Source: Opitutales bacterium
Lineage (GTDB): Bacteria; Verrucomicrobiota; Verrucomicrobiia; Opitutales; UBA2987
Length of the DNA stretch: 64,000 nt
Reading direction: 5' to 3'
Assembly: GCA_965226885.1 (NCBI GenBank)
Contig: CBDDEL010000011.1
Coordinates: forward strand, 256,001-320,000
Shown: positions 40,995 to 50,935 of the stretch, piece after piece
Numbering within the stretch: position 1 is the stretch's first letter
How the letters are laid out: each line of letters begins with the position of its first letter
Notes under the pieces: model-generated
The model's input: the letters and a program-made list of their open reading frames with translations, nothing else
Databases searched by the model: none
What the model was told of the DNA's origin: nothing
Program-made: the position numbers and the translations under genes

Positions 40995-41818
40995 GGCATT
41001 GGCAGCCCGGTGATGGCGGTGACGCCGCCATCCGGTAATTGCAAAGCCCATCCAATCCCTTTGTGGTTTTCACAAAATGATTCCATGGCGGGCGGTTCCA
41101 GAATCATGAAAGCCGTGGACAGGGCGTCGGAAAGGGCCGCTGTGGGGGCTAGCGCCCAGGCTTGTTTTTGTGTCCCAACGGGATTCCCCGTGCGCGGGTC
41201 CACGATGTGTTCGCCCTTGACGGCCAAGCCGGAACCGCTGAACGAATTTTGACGGAGGTTTACTTGCCGCACGTTTTTGCCGCTTCCGAATTGAATGGAC
41301 CAGGCCTGTTCCCGAACGGGCGCATTCATAGCCAATGCGGTGCTCCCACCAGCCAGAAGCAGTGAGCGTTTAACCTCCCACTGCTCGAGAATTCCAGCCA
41401 TACAGTCGAGGGCGTAACCTTTGCCGATGCCCCCCAAGTCTATGCTCAGCCCCGGCCGATTGAGGGTCACCGATAATGTTTCCTCCGCCAAGTCGATATC
41501 TTTGAAGCCACCATCCGACGCCGTGACATCGAAAGCCCCGTTTGTTTCCCCGCTGACCCATAAAGCGATACTGAGGCAGGCAAAGGCATCGAAACTGACG
41601 GCTACCGGGATTCCCGTGGAAGCGCGGTTGATCTGCGAAATATCGCTGCTTTGATGGAACCGGCTGAGTTTGGTTTCCAAACGGTCAAGTTCCCGAAAGG
41701 CTTCCCCGGCGGCCTGGCCCGCGTAACCGGAATCGTCCACATCGATCAGGATTTCAAAGGCGGTGGCCATGGCTTCGTGGGCATACCGTTGATAAGCAGC
41801 CTTATTTTGCGAAGTCAT
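40991..41818 (-). CDS. apbE: FAD:protein FMN transferase (ApbE family), with no evident signal peptide
   Basis: Motifs AMAT, LSRF..SSDISQIN, GAFDVT, IDLGGIGKGYALD, HIVDPRTG and SDALSTA. Confidence 0.88.
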   Translation of the reverse strand: MTSQNKAAYQRYAHEAMATAFEILIDVDDSGYAGQAAGEAFRELDRLETKLSRFHQSSDISQINRASTGIPVAVSFDAFACLSIALWVSGETNGAFDVTASDGGFKDIDLAEETLSVTLNRPGLSIDLGGIGKGYALDCMAGILEQWEVKRSLLLAGGSTALAMNAPVREQAWSIQFGSGKNVRQVNLRQNSFSGSGLAVKGEHIVDPRTGNPVGTQKQAWALAPTAALSDALSTAFMILEPPAMESFCENHKGIGWALQLPDGGVTAITGLPMP

Positions 41819-43361
41819 GATGATCCTGCAAGTTTTCGATATAGCGGTTCCAGAGCTTCTGTTCGACGTAAATAAGAAGGATAACACCGGGCCGCAGTCC
41901 ACGGTATTCGACCTGGTATTTTCGGGAAATCCTTGTTTCTAGTTTCTGCTGCAGTTTGGCCGATACAATGATGACGGAAGCATCGGGGGTTTCCGGCATA
42001 TCGTTCCAATAACCGACATTTTCGTAATGGCGAAGGTACCAGGGAAGCGGCCAGTATTCTTCGCTGATAACCTTTATGGTCATTTTTGGGCCGTCCGGAG
42101 AGACCTCGGCCAACCCTTTTATCCTGTCCTCGATTTTCAATACATCGGTATTGGGATGAACATAAGCGTAGGGATTGCGGGCGTCGGCATAATAGCGGAA
42201 ATTCGTTAAATAGACACCCCGTAGCAGAAACACTAACGTTATTATAAGCAGAGTGGAAATGCCTAGACGCATGAGTGGTATTGGGCAGCGATCGAAAATA
42301 GCCTGCAATCCCGATCCGGCCAATAATGCCAGGCCCAATAATAGACTAAGGACCAGCCACGGTGTTTTGTATGGGATAAGTGAATAAATGATAAACAGGA
42401 TGATGGTATAAGAGGCCAGAAACCGCCTCAGTTGTCCGGTGGGCGTCATTAACCAGTTCCTGCGAAAACCGATGAAGGCGGCGCCCAGGGCAAATATGCA
42501 AACGGTCACTTCGCCAGACAGGATTCCGAGGCCGCCTTCGAGCCCGGTCAGCAATGCCATGTAATAGTAAAAGGGTTTCTCGTGGCCCGATTCGAGGGAG
42601 TAAACAAAGGGAGAAATGATGGCGTCTGCGATGCCGGAAAGGTTTGTCAAAAAGGATGAATAAAATGCCGCCGAAACGAGCGCCGCAGCACCCAAAGCGC
42701 TCAATCCCAGGCGGACAGCCCGGCGCGTTTTCAGGTTAACTGAGATGACGCCGTGTGCCCTGACGGTCGTTATGCAACAAAACATAAGAGCCGCTCCGAT
42801 GCCGATCAGGTTGATCAGGCTCGACTCTTTGGTGGCATGCATGAGGCCTGCGAAAATACCCGTTGCGAGGGCCCAAATCATCTTAGGATTGCGGTAACAG
42901 CGCCAGCCGCAGGCCACCGCGCAGGAGGTAAAAGTTATCAATAACGGCTCCTGAATATAATACCGGCTGTAATAGACCAGGGCGGGGGAAAATGCCATCA
43001 AGGCGCCCGTCAATACCGTTCCGATCGGCCCCAGACCGTCCCGCAACCAGAACAAAGATAAAATCAAGGCGGACCCAAAGATAACGGAGACCAGTCGCAC
43101 CGTTATTTCGTCGATTTGCAACAGGTTTTCCTGGCCGCGAATCCAGGCCACAGGCAAGGTAAAATAGTAAAGCGACGGTCCGTGAAAATGTTCGGGATCA
43201 AACTCGTATCGACCCGAATCCAGAAGCTGACCGAATTTTACAGCCTGAACCGCTTCATCGGTGTGCATCGGCCTTGCGTCCAAAGAATATGTGCGGATGG
43301 CCAAAGCGAGAACGAACTCCAGCAGAAGGATGGCCAGGACGTATTTGGAGCCGGATTTCAT
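41802..43361 (-). CDS. GT-C-fold membrane glycosyltransferase-like protein (TIGR03663/Agl23-like)
   Basis: Motifs RPMHTDEAVQA, FDP..FHGPSLYY, YYSRYYIQE, ATKE, YKTPW and YWPLPWYLR; many TM helices. Confidence 0.75.
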   Translation of the reverse strand: MKSGSKYVLAILLLEFVLALAIRTYSLDARPMHTDEAVQAVKFGQLLDSGRYEFDPEHFHGPSLYYFTLPVAWIRGQENLLQIDEITVRLVSVIFGSALILSLFWLRDGLGPIGTVLTGALMAFSPALVYYSRYYIQEPLLITFTSCAVACGWRCYRNPKMIWALATGIFAGLMHATKESSLINLIGIGAALMFCCITTVRAHGVISVNLKTRRAVRLGLSALGAAALVSAAFYSSFLTNLSGIADAIISPFVYSLESGHEKPFYYYMALLTGLEGGLGILSGEVTVCIFALGAAFIGFRRNWLMTPTGQLRRFLASYTIILFIIYSLIPYKTPWLVLSLLLGLALLAGSGLQAIFDRCPIPLMRLGISTLLIITLVFLLRGVYLTNFRYYADARNPYAYVHPNTDVLKIEDRIKGLAEVSPDGPKMTIKVISEEYWPLPWYLRHYENVGYWNDMPETPDASVIIVSAKLQQKLETRISRKYQVEYRGLRPGVILLIYVEQKLWNRYIENLQDHHDFAK

Positions 43362-43375
43362 TACGGTTAAACTAG

Positions 43376-44152
43376 ATGTTTTCCGGTTGGATAGCGATTA
43401 GAAATGGTGCACACTTCAAGAAGTTAGTCGAACCAGTGCCAAGCTTATCCATAGTCATACCCGCTTTCAATGAAGAAGCCGCCATTGCCAGGGGAAATCT
43501 GGCGCTGGTTGCCAACTGGCTGCATGAGAATATTCAGGAATCCGAATTGATCGTGGTGAATGATGGAAGCGAAGATCAAACGGAGAAACTGGCTTCGGAA
43601 GTAGCCGAGCGGGTCGTCACCATTCCTCATTGCGGCAAGGCAGCGGCTATCATGGCGGGCATTAGAGAGGCGAAGGGAGATGTCGTTCTGTTTAGCGACA
43701 TGGATTTGGATACGCCCATTACGGAAGCCTCTAAATTACTGGATGCCATCAGCGGGGGGGCTGATGTTGCCATTGGCAGCCGCGGTCAAAACCGGCCGGG
43801 CGCGCCCCTCCACCGGCGCTTTCTGAGCGGCGGGCACACTTTTTTGCGAAAATTGCTGCTGAATCTCGATTTGTCCGACACCCAGTGCGGTTTCAAGGCT
43901 TTTAAACGCGAGGCAGCCCTTCGGATTCTGGATGAAATGCGGATTTATCGGGCCGGTTCCATGCGCTCTGGAACCGATTATAGCGTGAACAGCGGGTTCG
44001 ATCTGGAGTTCCTTTTTGTCGCTCGTCGTTTGGAGTATCGGGTTGACGAGATTCCGGTGCAGTGGAAATATTCCCAAGGCGGAAGAGTCCTATTTTTTAG
44101 AGAGGCATTGCGCGGCCTTTTTGATTTACTGAAAATTGCCAACACTTATTAA
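43376..44152 (+). CDS. GT2 polyprenyl/dolichyl-phosphate glycosyltransferase (start may be about 43435)
   Basis: Motifs LSIVIPAFNEE, VVNDGSED, FSDMD, DTQCGFKAF and FDLE. Confidence 0.88.
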   Translation: MFSGWIAIRNGAHFKKLVEPVPSLSIVIPAFNEEAAIARGNLALVANWLHENIQESELIVVNDGSEDQTEKLASEVAERVVTIPHCGKAAAIMAGIREAKGDVVLFSDMDLDTPITEASKLLDAISGGADVAIGSRGQNRPGAPLHRRFLSGGHTFLRKLLLNLDLSDTQCGFKAFKREAALRILDEMRIYRAGSMRSGTDYSVNSGFDLEFLFVARRLEYRVDEIPVQWKYSQGGRVLFFREALRGLFDLLKIANTY

Positions 44153-44157
44153 ATCCT

Positions 44158-45649
44158 ATGAAGCACACCACTTTATGCCTAGTTTTAGTTTCGATATCCT
44201 GCGCCTTGTCTCCTGGCTTTGGCGGCGGCAAAGAAGACAAGGAGAAGGATTGGATTTCGCTTTTCAACGGAAAAGACCTGGATGGGTGGGTGGGTAGTGT
44301 ATAAAAAAAGAATGTTATTTTGTATTTTTAGCTGTACAATTAGCGTTAGGCAGTTTATTCTTAGTGCATGGTTACTAAAATTATTAATTGTCGGCACTGT
44401 GGAAGTGAAAATATCATTAAATTTGGCAAGACGCCCAACCATAAACAGCGCTACCGCTGCCATGATTGTGGTAAACAAAGCCGCGAAAACCCCACAGTGA
44501 AATACACCGAAGAGCAAAAAGAAATGATCCTTCGAGTCTATCAGGAACGCAGCAGTCTACGCGGTTTACAGCGCGCCTTCGGGGTGAGTCCCAACACCGT
44601 TTTGAGTTGGTTAAAAAAAACGACAATCGCTGCGACCGCTCAAAAGCACGATTCTTGCGGCCCGCCGCCATGATGTCATTGAACTGGACGAACTGTGGTC
44701 TTTTGTGGGGCGCAAGAGCGATGCCCAATGGGTTTGGATCGCTCTTTGCCGACGCACCCGTCAAATCCTCTCCTATGCCATTGGGCCTCGGGATTGGTAT
44801 CGTTGCCGGGAACTTTACGAGCGTCTGCCACGGGCCTACAAAAGATGTGCCACCTACAGCGACTTTTGGAGCACTTATGATGAAGTCTTTCCTCATAACC
44901 GATCCGTGGGAAAAGAAACCGGTGAAACGGCCCATGTGGAACGATGGAACAATACCCTGCGCCAACGACTGGGTCGTTTCACACGCAAACCCCTCTCCTT
45001 TTCCAAGCTTAAGAGTATGCATGAAACCTGTCTGAGACTTTTCATTCATCAATATAATCAAGAATTAGCCACCATTCCTACTTAATACACTACCGGGTGG
45101 GTGCAGCGTAATGGCACGGCCACCTACCGGGTGGAGGATGGAGCGGTTGTCGGCAAGACCTCGGAGGGAAGCCCGAATTCGTTTTTATGCACGAAAGAAG
45201 ATTACGGCGATTTCGAGTTAAAGTTTGAAGTAAAAGTCGATCATGAACTGAACTCAGGCGTCCAAATCCGCTCCGCGAGCGTGCCTGGTTTCAAGAATTT
45301 CCGGGTGCATGGGCCACAGGTGGAGATTGCGACGAACGGCACGGCCGGCTTCATTTATGGGGAAGCGCTCAATACCGGCTGGCTGAGCAAGAAAGTTAAC
45401 AATGATCCGGCGCTATCCGCATTTAAAACCGGCGAGTGGAATAGCTATCGTGTGATGGCCGAGGGGCAGGTTATTAAAACCTGGATCAATGGAGTTCCCG
45501 TGGCCAACCTAACCGATGATATTTCAAAAATGAGTCGAGGATTTATCGGGCTGCAAGTCCACAGCATCAAAAGAGGCGCCGGCCCTTACGAAGTGCGCTG
45601 GAGAAACCTCAAAATTCGCAAGCTGTCTGCGAAGAAAAAAGACAGCTAG
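44158..45649 (+). pseudogene. Secreted DUF1080 (3-keto-glycoside lyase/hydrolase-like) protein split by IS1
   Basis: MKHTTLCLVLVS...WISLFNGKDLDGWV|QRNGTATY...DFELKFE..NSGVQIR...GFIGLQVH...WRNLKIR. Confidence 0.88.
44293..45094 (+). mobile_element. IS1-family element copy 1 (802 bp; insA-like 44368-44673, insB-like to 45085)
   Basis: IRs ggtagtgtat / atacactacc; 9-bp TSD gggtgggtg; Zn ribbon CRHC..CHDC; motifs ELDELWSFVG and HVERWNNTLR. Confidence 0.93.
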
Positions 45650-46342
45650 TCAGGAGGAGGCTGGCTGGCCGAAGACTTCGACCTCGATGTAGTGGTTCAT
45701 GGCATCGGTTGTATTTCCGTTGCTGTAAACCCGAACATAGCGCCCCGCCAATCCATCGACTTTTATGAGACGGCCCTCGTAGGTTTCAATATAGGCTTTG
45801 TCCTGACCGACGCCTAAACGGGCAGAATTATCGTGATCGTTATTATACACGGTATGCACTTCGGTCTCGAACTTCGGATCGTTAGAAATTTGCACGATTA
45901 TATCGTGGTAAACGCGGGGTTGTCCGTGATAATGCCAGATGAGGATGGCGTAAATGGCGGCGGGATTTTGAAGATCGATTTGGATATGTTGAATTTCGGG
46001 GCCCAGCTCGACGTAATAACCTTCATCTCCCTCTTTGTCTGCATCGGTCACAAAATCAAGCTCGCCAATGACCGGCCAATCGTCGCTCGAAGTAACTGTT
46101 TTGCCCGCCCCCAGGTTGATCGTTCCCGGCGGAACCATGAAGGGAGGTCGTTTTCCTTTGCGAGGTTTTTCCAGGTTGGCGACCTTGAAGGGGGCCGGAG
46201 TGCCCGTGAAAAGTGGCTTGGGAAGTTTGGTTTGAAGGGGAACTTTTTCCTCGGCCAAAATCGTGCCAAGAGATAACGGAAAAAGGATTGACAGTAAAAT
46301 AATTAGTCGGGAAGTCATCGTTAGAGTAGGTTTAGACAGCAA
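45650..46342 (-). CDS. Secreted protein with a discoidin/galactose-binding-like beta-sandwich
   Basis: Signal peptide; motifs NLGAGKTVTSS, IQIDL, GRYVRVYSNG and EVEVFG. Confidence 0.65.
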   Translation of the reverse strand: MLSKPTLTMTSRLIILLSILFPLSLGTILAEEKVPLQTKLPKPLFTGTPAPFKVANLEKPRKGKRPPFMVPPGTINLGAGKTVTSSDDWPVIGELDFVTDADKEGDEGYYVELGPEIQHIQIDLQNPAAIYAILIWHYHGQPRVYHDIIVQISNDPKFETEVHTVYNNDHDNSARLGVGQDKAYIETYEGRLIKVDGLAGRYVRVYSNGNTTDAMNHYIEVEVFGQPASS

Positions 46343-47702
46343 AATCTTCCGGTTTGAAGTAGAGTTTTTTGCCCGCTTCGATTGCTTCGTTTACTTTTAG
46401 CACGGTCACTTCGGTTTCATAGGCGAGTTCCGGCGGACAGTTGAGCGGAACGCCTTTGCGAATGGCATCGAAGAAGTTTTCCAGGTGCGGCTGGTGGATG
46501 GGTTTGTTCAGTTCGACGGGAATTTCCCAGGCGACCAAATCGGCCGTTTCACGGATGTCGACAACAGCGCTTTTTGATTTCTCCCAGGGCTTGACGTCGT
46601 CGGTTTCACCCTTGCGGCGGATGTATTTGCGGCGTTTCCACTCCTCCCACTCGGGTGCTCGGGCCTCTCGAAATGCGCGTGTGAATTTCGGATTTTCGGA
46701 CATCTTGATGGCGCCCTCCGTGCCCATGAAATACTCGAAATACCCTCCGCCTGCGCTGGTTGTGGTAAGAACCTGGTAAAAGGCGCGCACGGTACCCTGC
46801 GTGGTGGCGTATTCGTAAATGGCCATGGCGTTGTCGTGCCAATCGCGGTTGCTATAGTAGTCGAGACCGCCGTCGGCCGTAACGGCTTTTGGGGTCGTCC
46901 CCAGGAACCAGTTGAAGATGTCGATCTGGTGGGCGCCGAGATCGGAGATGGGGCCTCCTCCGTATTTTTTGAACCAGCGCCAGTTGCGGAATTCGCGCAT
47001 ATTGCCGTAGCCGTATTTTTCCAGGGTGGCCTTTTCCAAGGGGTATTTGCGCGGCCACCCGATGTCTTCACTGACACCGCGATTCCACTGGCCGTTGACA
47101 TGGGTGATGCGGCCCAGCAATTTGGCCTCCTCAAGCAGATGGTTTTTCACGTGGATGTAACGGGGATTGGAGCGGCGCTGGTGCCCGATCTGGAGAAGTT
47201 TTCCCGTCTCACGCGCCGTCCGGATCATGGAAATGGCACCCTCGTGGGAGTTGGACATCATTTTCTCGCAATAGACGTGGAGGCCGGCTTTGAGGCAGGC
47301 CGTGGTGTGTTTGGCGTGAACGAAATCGGGCGTCGCTATGAGGACGGCATCGAGATCGGTTTGGGCTGAGAGCATCTCATCGAAATCGGTGTAAACCTGG
47401 ACTGTGTGGCCATATTTGCGGAGGATGCCCTGGCCGTAGCGCTGGCTGTAGGGCCAGATGTCGCAGACGGCCTGGAAACGGATATCGGGGATTTTCAGGC
47501 AGGACTCGATGAGCACTCGGCCCTGGGTGCCGAGGCCGATTATGGCGACATTGAGCTGGCCGCCGGAACGGCTCGCAGCGGTCAGGTTTGAGGGGCGCGT
47601 GAGCAGCAAACCCATGCCGGCGGCAAGGCCGGTGCGCAAGAAAGAACGGCGGTCGATGGAATCATTGGGCCAGCTGGTTTGGGATGTGTTTTTCTCTTTC
47701 AT
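46332..47702 (-). CDS. Tat-exported Gfo/Idh/MocA oxidoreductase
   Basis: DRRSFL Tat motif; motifs IIGLGTQG, IATPDFVH, VYCEKMM and DLGAHQID. Confidence 0.92.
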   Translation of the reverse strand: MKEKNTSQTSWPNDSIDRRSFLRTGLAAGMGLLLTRPSNLTAASRSGGQLNVAIIGLGTQGRVLIESCLKIPDIRFQAVCDIWPYSQRYGQGILRKYGHTVQVYTDFDEMLSAQTDLDAVLIATPDFVHAKHTTACLKAGLHVYCEKMMSNSHEGAISMIRTARETGKLLQIGHQRRSNPRYIHVKNHLLEEAKLLGRITHVNGQWNRGVSEDIGWPRKYPLEKATLEKYGYGNMREFRNWRWFKKYGGGPISDLGAHQIDIFNWFLGTTPKAVTADGGLDYYSNRDWHDNAMAIYEYATTQGTVRAFYQVLTTTSAGGGYFEYFMGTEGAIKMSENPKFTRAFREARAPEWEEWKRRKYIRRKGETDDVKPWEKSKSAVVDIRETADLVAWEIPVELNKPIHQPHLENFFDAIRKGVPLNCPPELAYETEVTVLKVNEAIEAGKKLYFKPEDFAV

Positions 47703-47714
47703 AGATTTGAAAAT

Positions 47715-48161
47715 TTAATCCTTCCAGAGGGCCAGACGGCTGTGTTCGACGAGGCAAAGGGCGCCGCAAGTCAAGGCGACGTGGACGCCGAGGAATGCGA
47801 TTCCTTCGTTCCCGACCACGGCCATGAGGCCGAAACTGAGAGATACGAAAAGCAGACCGCTGAGAACGAGGGAGATGCGGGGTTTGATGCCGAGCAGAAG
47901 GGTAGCGCCGACCAGAATAAGGAGGTAACCCAGGGAATGCGCAAAAAGCCGGGTCAGGTAGAGGGGTAAAAAGGAGGAACCGGTTATGCCTTCGGCCAAG
48001 CGACCCATGTTTTCGTAATAATTTTCAAAGCTGTATTGCAAATCTCTCTCGAATTTTTCAAGCCCCGCCATGAACAAGCGCAGGCCGATGAATAGACGAA
48101 GGAGGAGGAAGGCCCAAACGGGCCCGGTCCAGCCTTGGAAAAAGGATTTTATTTTAGCCAT
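47715..48161 (-). CDS. DoxX-family membrane protein
   Basis: Motifs LLLRLFIGLRLFMAGLEKF and LLLGIKPR; 4 TM segments. Confidence 0.75.
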   Translation of the reverse strand: MAKIKSFFQGWTGPVWAFLLLRLFIGLRLFMAGLEKFERDLQYSFENYYENMGRLAEGITGSSFLPLYLTRLFAHSLGYLLILVGATLLLGIKPRISLVLSGLLFVSLSFGLMAVVGNEGIAFLGVHVALTCGALCLVEHSRLALWKD

Positions 48162-48193
48162 TGAAGCGTTACGGGTTTCGTTTCGAGGTGGTA

Positions 48194-49246
48194 TTAAAGA
48201 TTTTCCACCCAAATATTGCGGAATTGGACCAAGTCGTGGTGGTCCTGCAACATGAGGGGGCCAGTGGGGGCTTCGTTTTCGGCCACCGGTCCGCCGGTGA
48301 AGGTAGGAAGTTCCAGGTCCTCATGGATGAGGATGCCGTTGTGGTGGACCGTGATGCGGGCGTTTTCCGTTTTTTCGCCTTTGCCGTCAAACCGCGGGGC
48401 GCGAAAATTAATGTCATAGGTTTGCCAATGAGCGGGCGGGGCGCAGGCATTAACGCGGGGCCGGGAAACCTTGTAGATGCCGCCGCATTCATTGTCGCGG
48501 CCTTCCAGACCGAAACTGTCGAGAACCTGAACTTCGTATCGGCCATGAAGATAGACGCCGCTGTTGCCGCGTTTTTGTTCACGATGGTCCGGCATGAAGG
48601 GAGTGCGAAATTCGAGATGGAGGCGGTGGTCACCAAAGCTTTTTTTCGAAATAATGGAACCTGTATCCGGCACCACCTGCATGGCCCCGTTTTCGAGAAT
48701 TTTCCAGCGGGCTTTTTTCACTTTTTTGTGGGACCATTGGCTCAAGTCGCTGCCGTCGAACAAAATTTCCGCCCTGGAAACAGGTTTCGCCCCTAGGGTG
48801 GGGGAGGAGCGGTCGTATTTTTGGAGGGAAAAGGCACCGTTTTCGAGGCCGTTAAAGCTACCGTTAAAATTTTCGGCATTTAAACTGCCTGTCCACAAGG
48901 AAGCCGCTATGAGCAGCCCGTGGGCGGTGATTTGGAGGACATCCTGGTTGCCGTGCCCGATGGTTTTTGAAAAATTAACGGATCCATCCTGAACGGCTCC
49001 GTGAAAGCTTACTTGGGCCGTGGAGCGTTCTTCCAGCGTTGCGTATAGGAGGGATTGATAATTGCCGCCTCCGAGCGCGATTATTTGCGCGTATAACGGT
49101 TCCATGCGGCCGTCCGCCAGGAGGCGCTCGCCCTGCCAGTCGCCCATGAAGGGATCGGGCGATGTTTCGGCTTCGGCATGGGCCGATGCGGCAGTTAACA
49201 GAAGAGTCAATGTGGTGATTTTAAAGAGCAAATTCATACTCCCCAT
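48194..49246 (-). CDS. Secreted DUF1080 domain protein with an extra N-terminal domain
   Basis: Signal peptide; motifs LFDGSDLSQW, LHLEFR, GNSGVY...YEVQVLDS, WQTYDI and LQDH...FRNIW. Confidence 0.88.
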   Translation of the reverse strand: MGSMNLLFKITTLTLLLTAASAHAEAETSPDPFMGDWQGERLLADGRMEPLYAQIIALGGGNYQSLLYATLEERSTAQVSFHGAVQDGSVNFSKTIGHGNQDVLQITAHGLLIAASLWTGSLNAENFNGSFNGLENGAFSLQKYDRSSPTLGAKPVSRAEILFDGSDLSQWSHKKVKKARWKILENGAMQVVPDTGSIISKKSFGDHRLHLEFRTPFMPDHREQKRGNSGVYLHGRYEVQVLDSFGLEGRDNECGGIYKVSRPRVNACAPPAHWQTYDINFRAPRFDGKGEKTENARITVHHNGILIHEDLELPTFTGGPVAENEAPTGPLMLQDHHDLVQFRNIWVENL

Positions 49247-50664
49247 CCTTTCCGGTATTCATAGGTTGAACCAATATATTGATTGGCTTCGGGAACATTC
49301 GTTATTTTCATATTGGGACCGTCCCAATCGATCTTACGGCGGGCGCGAATGGCGGCATTGCCGAGGAGAACAACCTCGGTGAAAGGGGCAGCATAATCGA
49401 AGCTGGAACCGCATTTTGGGCCACCCTTGCAGGCTTGTATCCATTCTATACGCGGACCGCCTTTGACTCTGGGTATGGTTTTTTCCGGAAAAAGATGGCG
49501 TAGTTCCTTCATTTTCATCTCCGGAACTAGGCGGGGACTGCCGCCATAGGTGCCGGCCCTGATGGTGGCATGCTGCCCTATGATGAGTGTGCCGTTATCC
49601 TCAATTTCGTAATCGGCAGCCACTTCGGGCGGGAGCATCGGTTTGAGTCCGCCGTCAGACCAGGTGACTTTGACCGGCGGCTGATCTCCGCGGGCCGGAA
49701 ATTGATAGTTGACGACAGAAGCCATGGGGGCGGTGTGATTATTGAATTGAGTTGAAATCGCCTCAACCGAAGTGGGATGACCGAGATTGAGGGACCAGTA
49801 GGCGGCGTCCATAATGTGACAACCCATGTCGCCGAGGGCGCCGCAGCCGAAGTCCCACCAGCCGCGCCATTTGAAGGGGGCGTAACCGGGATCGTAGGGG
49901 CGTTCCGGGGCCACGCCGAGCCATGCCTCCCAATCCATTGAAGAGGGGATGACAGGAATTGAACTGGAGTGATCCGGGGCATCCAGATTCTGCGGCCAGA
50001 TGGGACGATTGGTCCAATGCTGGACTTCGCGCACCGGGCCGATAACGCCAGCCTCTATCCATTCGCGGATGATGCGGGTGCCCTCCTGGGAGTGTCCCTG
50101 GTTGCCCATCTGGGAGATGACGCCGTATTTGCGGGCGGCCAGGGTTATTTCCCGAGCCTCCCAGATAGTTCGGGTAAGGGGTTTTTCGACATAGACATGC
50201 TTGCCCAGTCTCATGGACCACATGGCGATGGGGAAGTGCATGTGATCGGGAGTGGAAATGATGACAGCATCAATCTTGCTTTCCATTTCGTCGAACATCC
50301 GCCGGAAGTCCTGATAGCGTGGAATATCGGCCTGACGGTCGAGAAGCTTTTGTATATCGGGATAAGCTTCCATTTCGTCTTCATCAATGTTGTCCAAAAG
50401 TTCATCCAGAGCATCATCGATGCGGGCAAGATCGACATCGCAAAAGGCTACGATATTTTCACCGACGACAGCTTTGAGCGCGCTTCTGCCACGGCCCCCA
50501 ACACCGACAACGGCAATGTTCAACTTGTTGTTGGGGGAGGTTGAAGCACCGGTTTGTGAATAGATACCGGAAGGAAGGATCATAAAGGAGGCTCCGGCTG
50601 CGGATACACCTTTTATGAATTCACGGCGACTGACAGTTTTATCCTCAAGGTTGTTTTTATTCAT
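49234..50664 (-). CDS. Tat-exported Gfo/Idh/MocA oxidoreductase
   Basis: SRREFI Tat motif; motifs VGVGGRG, STPDHMH, VYVEKPL and WRGWWDFGCGALGDMGCH. Confidence 0.92.
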   Translation of the reverse strand: MNKNNLEDKTVSRREFIKGVSAAGASFMILPSGIYSQTGASTSPNNKLNIAVVGVGGRGRSALKAVVGENIVAFCDVDLARIDDALDELLDNIDEDEMEAYPDIQKLLDRQADIPRYQDFRRMFDEMESKIDAVIISTPDHMHFPIAMWSMRLGKHVYVEKPLTRTIWEAREITLAARKYGVISQMGNQGHSQEGTRIIREWIEAGVIGPVREVQHWTNRPIWPQNLDAPDHSSSIPVIPSSMDWEAWLGVAPERPYDPGYAPFKWRGWWDFGCGALGDMGCHIMDAAYWSLNLGHPTSVEAISTQFNNHTAPMASVVNYQFPARGDQPPVKVTWSDGGLKPMLPPEVAADYEIEDNGTLIIGQHATIRAGTYGGSPRLVPEMKMKELRHLFPEKTIPRVKGGPRIEWIQACKGGPKCGSSFDYAAPFTEVVLLGNAAIRARRKIDWDGPNMKITNVPEANQYIGSTYEYRKGWGV

Positions 50665-50731
50665 AATCTCGAAATGGCTGAAGTGATGGCTGGTTCCCAA
50701 GAATGATTGATTTGGTTTCGTTTTTTTTCAA

Positions 50732-50935
50732 TTAATTTTGGTGGCAATTGCGATTGGAGTTGGCGCAATCCCTGATGGAGACGGGGAGATCGTCGGGGCC
50801 GAGTTCGATCATGGTCTTGTTGCACCAACAATGGGGAGTTTCCGCTGGATACTCCCTTTCCACCAGAGCTCGCTCAGCCTGGGCGGGAATATACATTTTT
50901 TTGGTTCGAAGAAATCTACAGGGGGCCTCTTTCAT
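50732..50935 (-). CDS. Small Cys-rich hypothetical protein
   Basis: 67 aa with 5 Cys; ATGA overlap with the FAD subunit stop codon. Confidence 0.6.
   Translation of the reverse strand: MKEAPCRFLRTKKMYIPAQAERALVEREYPAETPHCWCNKTMIELGPDDLPVSIRDCANSNRNCHQN

Noticed and set aside
50540..50556. TGAS after the Tat signal of the Gfo protein as an ApbE flavinylation site
   Set aside because: A 4-residue match is too unspecific, lacks the upstream Asp and lies in a variable linker
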